A stretch of 12,692 nt of DNA from Candidatus Thorarchaeota archaeon (GTDB lineage: Archaea > Asgardarchaeota > Thorarchaeia > Thorarchaeales > Thorarchaeaceae): contig JBHLQM010000076.1 in the NCBI GenBank assembly GCA_048884785.1, forward strand, positions 1 through 12,692, written 5' to 3'. The notes under the pieces are model-generated. The model was not told where the DNA came from, searched no databases, and saw only the letters and a list, made by a program, of their open reading frames with translations. This document shows, piece after piece, positions 1 to 7,184 of this stretch (positions are counted from its first letter, which is position 1; the number at the start of each line of letters is the position of its first letter). A program made the position numbers and the translations under genes.

Positions 1-261
1 ACTGAACGTTTGGAAAGAATTGTTGAACGCGCCAGAGAAGAAGGTCAGACCTTTGATCCCAATGAGGTTGATGCTGACATTGCTGAAGCCACACCTGATC
101 CTGGAGAAACATGGCCAAGTGAGAAGGCTGAGGGCATTAAGAAGGGAGAACAAGGGCATAGACTTTCTGAACCTGATCCTCGCCGTTTATCCGTTGATTC
201 GAGTCGACGACTTGGGGCACCGAAACGGCTCGGTGATAAAGAGGACGAAGAAGAAGATTAA
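1..261 (+). CDS. 3' end of a hypothetical protein (5' truncated by window); charged, probably disordered C-terminal tail
   Basis: Frame 1 is open from base 1 (TERLERIVERAREEG...DKEDEEED, TAA 259-261). It is followed by a hairpin plus T-tract. No family recognised. Confidence 0.75.
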   Translation, partial: TERLERIVERAREEGQTFDPNEVDADIAEATPDPGETWPSEKAEGIKKGEQGHRLSEPDPRRLSVDSSRRLGAPKRLGDKEDEEED

Positions 262-267
262 ACACTA

Positions 268-305
268 GAAGGCTGAGCCCAGCGGGGCTCATCTTCCCAT
301 TTTTT
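268..305 (+). terminator. Stem-loop plus T-tract terminator, possibly also serving the convergent small ORF
   Basis: TGAGCCC (274-280), loop AGCG, GGGCTCA (285-291), extended by GAAG/CTTC, then TTTTTT at 300-305. It begins 7 nt after the stop codon. Confidence 0.7.
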
Positions 306-331
306 AGACCGCTTTCTGTTGCATTAGAATT

Positions 332-478
332 CTAAATGACCATTGTGATTATACCTGCAATCATGAACAATATTGTGATAAGAGCACAATTTACGCAGGC
401 ACCATCTTGAATCTCTTTCTTATCTCGCTTGCTGAGTTTCTGTGACTCGGCCAGTTCTTTCTCTTCATCTTTGGTCAT
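332..478 (-). CDS. Small (48 aa) putative tail-anchored membrane protein, absent from the ORF track
   Basis: Manual translation gives MTKDEEKELAESQKLSKRDKKEIQDGACVNCALITILFMIAGIITMVI*. A GAGGGT SD-like motif lies upstream of the ATG and a TATA-like CTTTAATA about 40 nt upstream. It fills an otherwise empty gap. Confidence 0.75.
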   Translation of the reverse strand: MTKDEEKELAESQKLSKRDKKEIQDGACVNCALITILFMIAGIITMVI

Positions 479-482
479 AAAT

Positions 483-524
483 TAACCCTCTTTGTCATCA
501 AGTGATACATCAATGGTATTAAAG
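483..524 (-). promoter_or_regulatory. Putative TATA box and RBS of the 48-aa ORF
   Basis: The minus strand reads CTTTAATA (524-517)...CAAAGAGGGTTAATTT-ATG. Spacing fits an archaeal promoter with a short leader. Confidence 0.45.
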
Positions 525-539
525 CTAAGCACTATGTTC

Positions 540-1046
540 TCATTCTTTATTGCCAATAATGTACTCCAAGAGTATCTCATCACGTATTGGTATTCCATCA
601 TTTCCAACATGTGGAATGCTGGGTTTTAGCTTTCTTGATTCCTCTATCGCACCCACATTAATCGAGTGAATAGAGAAACCTTTCCGCTGATAGAATCTAA
701 GGGCATCAGTGTTATCATTTGTTGTGATAAGCAAGACTCTCTCACACTTTCTTTTCCTTGCCTCTTCAAGAGCTCTTTCAATCAATGCCGTACCGATGCC
801 AACATTTTCCATAATACTATCAAGTGTAATGATTTCAAGTTCCTTGTTGCGAACATCATATGTGAGAAGACCCACCCTCTGTGAATTACACTCAGCGATA
901 AAGCCATGAAGGTCTCGAAAATAGTACAGTTTACCAAGAGTCACCACATGATCGGTCTTCCACATTTTCTTCCATATATCCAGAGCCCACTGACTATCGC
1001 TTGAATCCAGTGTTCTCACGCGAATATCTGATTCCATGGCAGGCAT
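540..1046 (-). CDS. GNAT family N-acetyltransferase
   Basis: Acetyl-CoA-binding motif A (ENVGIGTALIE) and TTNDNTDALRFYQRKGF, with C-terminal IPHVGNDGIPIRDEILLE. ATG 1046 or 1037 is more plausible than TTG 1085. Confidence 0.9.
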   Translation of the reverse strand: MPAMESDIRVRTLDSSDSQWALDIWKKMWKTDHVVTLGKLYYFRDLHGFIAECNSQRVGLLTYDVRNKELEIITLDSIMENVGIGTALIERALEEARKRKCERVLLITTNDNTDALRFYQRKGFSIHSINVGAIEESRKLKPSIPHVGNDGIPIRDEILLEYIIGNKE

Positions 1047-1143
1047 ATTAGCTGAGCTGGAGTTGCTTATGAGTACATTGCTCAAATCATATATGCTGGA
1101 ATGTATTTACACTATAAGAACATGAAGAAAGGAGGCTACTCCG

Positions 1144-1644
1144 ATTTACAACTATGCTGAAATCACGATTCGACGAGCTGAGTTATCAGAAGTTGATATC
1201 ATTAAGGAGATAATCAAAGAGGCCTATGCGAACGTGAGGAAGCAACTATCACGAACACCCGGAGCTTTGCAGGAAGGTCTTGCTAAGATATCAAGACACA
1301 TTCAGATGGGAACCCAATATGTGGCGCTAGTTGGAGATACTGTAGTGGGGTGCATGCGAGTACAGATGAGGGGAAATGCTGGTGTCGTTAGTCGTGTTGC
1401 GGTTAGAACATCATATCGCAATCGAAGAATTGGTTCCCGACTTCTAGCATATGCAGAAAATCTTCTCGATCACATGGGTGCATCATATATCGATATCGAA
1501 GTTTATGGAGTGTTAGAAGGTCAAAGAGAATTCTATGAGCGGATGGGATTTGAAATTATTGAACGGACACAGCGAGAGGGTGAAGAGATAGTAGTGATGC
1601 GGAAGAGTCTGCTCGAACCCGATGTCATTGAGGAAGAACCATAG
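1144..1644 (+). CDS. GNAT family N-acetyltransferase; start extended upstream of the ORF-track call, probable ATT start
   Basis: Motif A VAVRTSYRNRRIGSRLL and FYERMGF. The in-frame upstream segment EITIRRAELSEVDIIKEIIKEAY is a typical GNAT beta1-alpha1. AGGAGG at 1130-1135 lies 8 nt before ATT 1144. Product confident, start uncertain. Confidence 0.85.
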   Translation: MYNYAEITIRRAELSEVDIIKEIIKEAYANVRKQLSRTPGALQEGLAKISRHIQMGTQYVALVGDTVVGCMRVQMRGNAGVVSRVAVRTSYRNRRIGSRLLAYAENLLDHMGASYIDIEVYGVLEGQREFYERMGFEIIERTQREGEEIVVMRKSLLEPDVIEEEP

Positions 1645-1647
1645 CAA

Positions 1648-2730
1648 TTAGGGTATTATTTCGCATCCGTTGTTGTACTCAGGATAATGAAATTCACTCA
1701 TGGAAATAATTCCCTTATCAATGAGATACTGAACATCAGATTTGACATTTCTGAGTTCAGTTATCAAATGCCTTGCAGTATTACATACCTTCTCAAAACC
1801 AGCGTCTCCCCATAATCGCTGTTTGTTCGCAAATAGGCACCTTCCTCCACAAACTTGATACTCATCACAACTTGGACATGGTTCATCAACTAGCATCTTG
1901 TTTCTAATATCAAGGGGATTCGTGTTCTTTATGCTACCGATAATTGAAAAATCCCAGTCTGGAGAAATTGGACAGATACCAATGTTGCCATCCACATGAA
2001 TCGCAAAAGTTTCTATTCCGGACCCGCATCTGAGTGTTGCCCCTTGGTTCGATAGCATGGAATACATGAGCGGCAAGAATGGAACAATCCCATCCACCTT
2101 TCCGCTCTTCATATTTTCCACCCACTCAGTAACAAGCAGCGAAACTCCTGGATTGTAGATGTCCCTCACCCAAGCATCGAAATCTTGCCAATTACCTTCT
2201 GCATCCCAGACCACATTCAGTTGCCAATGCACATGTTTGAACATAGGATTTGTCAAATCCAATAGGTGCCTTACATCTCGATAGATATCGCTTTGCTGTG
2301 AAACCGCCATGCGTGCGACTATATCACCTTCGAACCCAATCCTCTCGAGGTATTTTACATTCTCGATGACCTGTTTGTATACACCTCTTGACCGATATCC
2401 ATCTGTGATGTCCTCAGGTCCATCAATTGAAACAAGTATTGAATGGAATCTTTTGACATACTCAGACGGTACGCGATTAAGACGAAGCGCATTCGTTTGT
2501 AGCATGAATCGTGCATGGGGAAATCTATCCATCACCTCAAGCATTAGAGGAATTCTAAGTAAAGGCTCACCACCATAGAACATCAACTGAGGATCATCAT
2601 CCTTTGATAGAAAGGCTGCAAGCTCATCAATTGAGTAGCTTATTTCTGCATCAGGACCATGCTGCTCGCCTCCATGGCAATAGGAGCAGTTCAAATTGCA
2701 CCCTCTTGTGAGGACAATGTGATAATTCAT
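1648..2730 (-). CDS. Radical SAM/SPASM protein, probably AF0577 (TIGR04084) family, putative peptide-modifying
   Basis: CNLNCSYC (CxxxCxxC), FYGGEPLL, QTN, SIDG. SPASM cysteines RCGSG..ICP..CPSCx5Cx3Cx17C and a C-terminal EIIP. ATG 2730 is preceded by GGAG. Subfamily assignment is from recall of the family. Confidence 0.85.
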   Translation of the reverse strand: MNYHIVLTRGCNLNCSYCHGGEQHGPDAEISYSIDELAAFLSKDDDPQLMFYGGEPLLRIPLMLEVMDRFPHARFMLQTNALRLNRVPSEYVKRFHSILVSIDGPEDITDGYRSRGVYKQVIENVKYLERIGFEGDIVARMAVSQQSDIYRDVRHLLDLTNPMFKHVHWQLNVVWDAEGNWQDFDAWVRDIYNPGVSLLVTEWVENMKSGKVDGIVPFLPLMYSMLSNQGATLRCGSGIETFAIHVDGNIGICPISPDWDFSIIGSIKNTNPLDIRNKMLVDEPCPSCDEYQVCGGRCLFANKQRLWGDAGFEKVCNTARHLITELRNVKSDVQYLIDKGIISMSEFHYPEYNNGCEIIP

Positions 2731-2775
2731 AATCCAGATACTCCAATGATAGGGCAATAGCCAATTCATTCATTG

Positions 2776-2792
2776 AATAAAGGTTACCGTTG
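2776..2792 (-). promoter_or_regulatory. Putative BRE/TATA promoter of the radical SAM gene
   Basis: The minus strand reads CAACGGTAACCTTTATT about 46 nt upstream of ATG 2730. Confidence 0.45.
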
Positions 2793-2793
2793 C

Positions 2794-3246
2794 CTATGAA
2801 AGTTTTAACTTCCAGAGTCTATATGTTTCAAACCAGCCAAATAATGCGCCTACCAGTCCAATTGCTATAGCGATGAATCTGTCAAAAATGCCTATAGGAG
2901 TAAATCCTGCTAGTATAATATAGGCAAGCGTGAACATGCTGAAAAAGAATGCAACAAATGTATATCTCGGAAGAAGGACTCCTCTAATACCGATAAAATT
3001 CCTGAGAACTCCAACTTTCACTAATCGTTTCAAATTATAGCTATTATCGCTATTTTTCTCAACTAGCTCTAGATCTACTAGTTTGCCTAAATGATGACTT
3101 GCCACTGACGGGCTTGACATTCCTAGAGCCCGCTGAACCTCTCGCACACCAACGGATGACCCCTGCTGTATCATGTACCAGTACACTCTGAGAGTATTCC
3201 CTTTTAGCTCGGGGTCAATATCACTTGAGAGTGTGCGTTCTCCCAC
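2794..3246 (-). CDS. Winged helix-turn-helix (ArsR-like) transcription regulator with two C-terminal transmembrane helices
   Basis: HTH and wing LKGNTLRVYWYM..VGVREVQRALGMSSPSVASHHLGKLVDLELVEK..YNL. Hydrophobic segments YTFVAFFFSMFTLAYIILAGF and FIAIAIGLVGALFGWF. GTG start with AGGTG 8 nt upstream. Confidence 0.85.
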   Translation of the reverse strand: MGERTLSSDIDPELKGNTLRVYWYMIQQGSSVGVREVQRALGMSSPSVASHHLGKLVDLELVEKNSDNSYNLKRLVKVGVLRNFIGIRGVLLPRYTFVAFFFSMFTLAYIILAGFTPIGIFDRFIAIAIGLVGALFGWFETYRLWKLKLS

Positions 3247-3307
3247 TTCAGAAACACCTAGTGATGAAATGAATAGCTATGCAAATAACATCTTCTTTCA
3301 GTGTATC

Positions 3308-3342
3308 TGTTCTAATCGTTGGACGGCATGTTCTAAAACATG
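3308..3342. promoter_or_regulatory. Candidate operator in the divergent intergenic region
   Basis: Direct repeat TGTTCTAA at 3308-3315 and 3329-3336 (21-bp period), and perfect inverted repeat CATGTT-CTAA-AACATG at 3327-3342. Confidence 0.4.
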
Positions 3343-3374
3343 GTACTAAGTGCAAATGCAACATAGAGATATGC

Positions 3375-5606
3375 ATGCTCACAGGTAGACTACTAAGGGC
3401 CATAGATGGTTCAACACAGAGGAAGATGATGGCTGGTGGCATGACCGCCTCCATTCTTGCTGTAAGCCTGGTTGTGACCCTTGGTGTATTTGGGGGGATA
3501 TTCATCCCGCGCTCTGGTCCATCTGGACTTCCATCAGGAACAATTCCTACGATCGATTCAGTTGTATCAACTGACTTTGCTAATTACGTGCCATATGACG
3601 AGAGTTTTGAGCCTAACGCTCCGATCTACTCGATCTCACCTGGTTTATCTAATATTGTGAATCTAGACCAATTTGCATATCTGACTGCAGAAGAGAGGGC
3701 ACTCATTGAGGCGAATGGATTTGTGGTAATTCCTCAGGATGAGTTTGACCAGATATACGAAATTTTACAGGATGCAGAAGAACATTATGAGCCACTATTC
3801 ATCACAAGCGATGCGGTTCTGCATGCGTTTCATGTTTGCTATGATTTAGCATTGAGAGAAGCAGAGGTGTATTCGTTCTGGAGTCTATTGGGCAACTTGA
3901 CACTATCACTACTTGATGATTCATATCAACAGTATCAGGATGCTCCTGAAGGTGAATGGAAGGATGCAGCACTAAAGAATGTGGCATACTTTACAGTTGC
4001 AGCATATCTGATTGATGATTCTACAGCTATCAAGCCAGAGGTTGCATCAATGGTCAACACGGTTCTTAGTCTGATCTCAGACCATTCTGAGATTACAGGT
4101 GAATGGTTCATGGGCTATGAAGAGGATTTCACTCAATTTGTCCCAAGAGGGCATTATACCAGAAGTGAAACGCTGAGCAAGTATTTCCAAGCAATGATGT
4201 GGTATGGTAGGATACAGTTTCGATTGCTTGAAGACATTGGATTGCAACATACTCCTCAGGCGATTTTGATTGCCCTCCTTCTTAATAATCCCGTTTCAGA
4301 ACTTGGAGCTTCGATGAAAGGATTCACTGTCTGGGATGCAATCTATCAGCCGACTGTCTTCTTTGTTGGTGCAGCAGATGACCTACTCCCAACTGAATAT
4401 TATCAATTGGTTACGAAAATCTATGGTGCCAGTCCTGCATGGTCCGTTCTCGTTCAGGATCAGCGTCTGGCGCAGTTCATTACCGAAGCAAGTGAATTGC
4501 GAGACCCACTCATCCTCGGTTCACCCGTTGCCGATGTTGATGACCTTAATGTGACAAAAGGCATGCGATTAATGGGTCAGCGGTTTATCCCTGATAGCTA
4601 CATATTGGGACAATTGGTGTACAAGAATGTTGGGACTCTCTGGGAACCACGTCTTATGCCTTCTGGCCTAGACGTAATGTCTGCTTTTGGCTCAGAGCGC
4701 GCATGGGCCCTTCTCGATGACCAAAAGCATTTCTACAACTACATTGAGCAAATGCAGATGCTTAGGTACCTCGTTGGGAATATGACCGCAGATGATTGGA
4801 CTCAGAATTTGTACTATCTCTGGCTCTACACGCTTCTTCCTCTTTTGTATCCCGCTGGAGAGGGCTATCCATTATTCATGCAAAACCAAGCTTGGGTTGA
4901 CAAGCAATTATACACTGCACTTGGCTCATGGACTGAATTAAGACATGATACTATATTGTATGCGAAACAGTCCTATACATACAGGCTCACTTCAGTACCA
5001 CCAGACCCCACTGGCTATGTTGAACCGGTACCTCAACTTTATTCTCGGCTAGCATCTCTATGCGATATGATGATTTCTGGACTAGATAGCAGAGGTCTTC
5101 TGTCAGAAGATATAGGAAATCGACTCAATAGACTTCACAACTTCCTGCTATCTCTCAGAAGCATCTCTCTAAAGCAATTATCTGGTGTGGCACTGAATTC
5201 TACCGATATCCTAACTTTCAAGAATGCCGATGAAACACTAAGATTTGTTTCAGAGATGCCAACAGGCAGCGACATAACATCAGACACTGATAGATACATG
5301 TCGGTTGTCGCTGATGTTCATTCTGATCCTAACACAATGAGCGTCCTTGAGGAAGCTGTTGGCGATCCAATGACCATCATAGTTGCAGTATATTTGGATG
5401 GACAAGTGAAGCTCGCACGCGGCGGAACCTTCTCTTACTACGAATTCACTCACCCAATTGCTGATAGGCTAACTGACGAATCTTGGCGGGAGATGATTGA
5501 CCAGGGATTGGCTCCTAGTTTCCCAGCATGGACTCGGAGCTTCATTATATCTCCTCTAAGTGGGGCAATTTTCCAAGCCGCTACACTTCTCTTTCCCGAC
5601 GAGTAA
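3375..5606 (+). CDS. DUF3160 domain-containing protein with N-terminal membrane anchor or signal
   Basis: Family motifs FITSDAVLH, PRGHYT, YFQAMMWYGR, MGQRFIPD, LGSWTELRHDTILYAKQSY, GYVEP, VADVH, FSYYEF, RLTDESW. Hydrophobic ILAVSLVVTLGVFGGIF followed by a P/S/G/T linker. Start uncertain (3375, 3426 or 3429; 3279 unlikely). Confidence 0.88.
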   Translation: MLTGRLLRAIDGSTQRKMMAGGMTASILAVSLVVTLGVFGGIFIPRSGPSGLPSGTIPTIDSVVSTDFANYVPYDESFEPNAPIYSISPGLSNIVNLDQFAYLTAEERALIEANGFVVIPQDEFDQIYEILQDAEEHYEPLFITSDAVLHAFHVCYDLALREAEVYSFWSLLGNLTLSLLDDSYQQYQDAPEGEWKDAALKNVAYFTVAAYLIDDSTAIKPEVASMVNTVLSLISDHSEITGEWFMGYEEDFTQFVPRGHYTRSETLSKYFQAMMWYGRIQFRLLEDIGLQHTPQAILIALLLNNPVSELGASMKGFTVWDAIYQPTVFFVGAADDLLPTEYYQLVTKIYGASPAWSVLVQDQRLAQFITEASELRDPLILGSPVADVDDLNVTKGMRLMGQRFIPDSYILGQLVYKNVGTLWEPRLMPSGLDVMSAFGSERAWALLDDQKHFYNYIEQMQMLRYLVGNMTADDWTQNLYYLWLYTLLPLLYPAGEGYPLFMQNQAWVDKQLYTALGSWTELRHDTILYAKQSYTYRLTSVPPDPTGYVEPVPQLYSRLASLCDMMISGLDSRGLLSEDIGNRLNRLHNFLLSLRSISLKQLSGVALNSTDILTFKNADETLRFVSEMPTGSDITSDTDRYMSVVADVHSDPNTMSVLEEAVGDPMTIIVAVYLDGQVKLARGGTFSYYEFTHPIADRLTDESWREMIDQGLAPSFPAWTRSFIISPLSGAIFQAATLLFPDE

Positions 5607-5616
5607 CGCAAGATTA

Positions 5617-5644
5617 TGAAGGAAGCAAAGTCTTGCTTCCTTCA
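5617..5644. other. Perfect 12-bp intergenic hairpin (terminator, processing site or operator)
   Basis: TGAAGGAAGCAA-AGTC-TTGCTTCCTTCA, 10 nt after the DUF3160 stop, with no T-tract. Confidence 0.6.
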
Positions 5645-5693
5645 GCGTTATCCTTATGATGTCTCAGGGCATTCTCAAACTGGAGATATATAA

Positions 5694-7181
5694 TTGAAAG
5701 CCATATCTATTGCTGTAGTCCTCTTGTTACTCCTTAGTCTAATGCCGTTTCCTGCCAATGTTGCAGAGGACACTGCCTCATCTCCTACACCGACATTTCT
5801 GCCTTCGGAAGAAGTTCTTCTTAGCGGAATCCCATATGTTTGGCAGGAGATTAACGGATTCTGTGCATGGGCTGCTACTTCCGTGGCGATGCAAGCTGCG
5901 GGGGCAGACTTGGATTTGTATGATGTTTTTGCAGCGAGTACAATTGGTTTTTCATTCGCCTACATCCATTATAACGATACAATCCTAATGTATCCAGGCG
6001 CAATATACACGCAGGCAGAGCCAACGGATTTCATTTCTGATCAATATGGTATAAACTATACAATATATCTTCTTGAATCAATAGATTCAGCCGAACAGAT
6101 AAAGCAAGTTTGGGAGTCAGAAGGAATCAATGTTGGATTGCTTGGTGGTCAAGAGGATGCCTTCAACTTGATGCGTTCTACAATAAACCATGGATTGCCA
6201 CTCCTCATAAGTGTAGATCCTTCATGGCTACCAGCAGAGGACTACAATTTTCTTCGGGAACAGGGAGCAACAGGTGGAGCTCATGGTGTTCTAATTGTTG
6301 GATATGATGACAACCTTGGTATAGCTAGGATCATTGACCCTGGAGTGGGTTCCTTTGGTGATTCCTTTGGCTTCCCAGAGGATGGCCGTGGAAATTACTC
6401 AGAAATAACCTATACTGCTCTAATTAATGCGTGGGCCAATCGATTCTATATTAGTAGCACATTTGCACCGAGCACATCTCCCCCTTCAAATGCTCAAGAT
6501 AGACTGGGTATCATGGTTCGTGACAAACTACTTGGTGTTGGTACTACTTACTCCCCCTCAAGTTCTAGTGCATATCTCTGGAGCTATGGGGAGCGCGGCT
6601 TCAGACAACTGAGTGAAGATATCACAGTGGAAGGACTGACACAGTATTTCTCAGTTTTCGATGGCATTCAGAATGAACGGCTCTTCAAGGCTGCCGTACT
6701 GCTCTTTATTGGACTGGGCATTGAAACCACCATCACTCTTCAGTATTTATCATATCGGAATGCTCTGGTAAAATTACCAGACCTGCTATCTGATTATGAC
6801 TTGGACGAATTCTCTGAAGCAGCAGGCGATGCACTTCCTCATCTCGATGCTCTATCAAACAACATGACTCTGATATATCCAGGAAATCTTTCATACATTG
6901 AAGGATTAGCCTCAAGTGTTTTTCAGTCAATAAGTCAGCTCTACAATTCAACAGGAGACCTTGAGACTGCGCTTCAGGCACATTCCATTGAACTGAATGA
7001 AATATCAGCGCATTTCCTAGCTATTGCTGATTCCTGGCAAGCAGCCGGAAATGCACTTGCGATCTACTGGCCAAACGACATCTTCACTCTCTATGGCGTG
7101 TGGATTGCTATTGGGGTATTTGGTGTTGCAGTATTGGTCATCTATGTCGTGATTCAGATAAAGAGAACTCCAAGTCAGTGA
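5694..7181 (+). CDS. Secreted, C-terminally membrane-anchored papain-like cysteine peptidase (C39-like/BtrH-like)
   Basis: Signal peptide. Q51-x5-C57 (WQEINGFCAWAA), GLPLLISVD, H197 (AHGVLIVGYD), D215 (IIDPG). C-terminal TM followed by KR. TTG start after GGAG. Confidence 0.8.
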   Translation: MKAISIAVVLLLLLSLMPFPANVAEDTASSPTPTFLPSEEVLLSGIPYVWQEINGFCAWAATSVAMQAAGADLDLYDVFAASTIGFSFAYIHYNDTILMYPGAIYTQAEPTDFISDQYGINYTIYLLESIDSAEQIKQVWESEGINVGLLGGQEDAFNLMRSTINHGLPLLISVDPSWLPAEDYNFLREQGATGGAHGVLIVGYDDNLGIARIIDPGVGSFGDSFGFPEDGRGNYSEITYTALINAWANRFYISSTFAPSTSPPSNAQDRLGIMVRDKLLGVGTTYSPSSSSAYLWSYGERGFRQLSEDITVEGLTQYFSVFDGIQNERLFKAAVLLFIGLGIETTITLQYLSYRNALVKLPDLLSDYDLDEFSEAAGDALPHLDALSNNMTLIYPGNLSYIEGLASSVFQSISQLYNSTGDLETALQAHSIELNEISAHFLAIADSWQAAGNALAIYWPNDIFTLYGVWIAIGVFGVAVLVIYVVIQIKRTPSQ

Positions 7182-7184
7182 ATC

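Noticed and set aside
20-268. Alternative 82-aa ORF in frame 2
   Set aside because: It overlaps the frame-1 ORF, which is open from base 1, has more natural composition and ends just before the terminator.
666-2578. Short ORFs 666-884, 709-909, 1934-2125 and 2309-2578
   Set aside because: They are antisense or off-frame shadows of the well-supported GNAT and radical SAM genes, with no motifs.
3248-3505. 85-aa minus-strand ORF and the 3279 start for DUF3160
   Set aside because: The ORF is antisense to the DUF3160 N-terminus. Both would occupy the divergent promoter region, and the extension has no protein-like features.
5611-5650. SECIS-like reading of the hairpin (ATGA...AAA loop)
   Set aside because: The 3' arm pairs perfectly and lacks the GA needed for the kink-turn, and no neighbouring gene has an in-frame TGA at a plausible Sec position.
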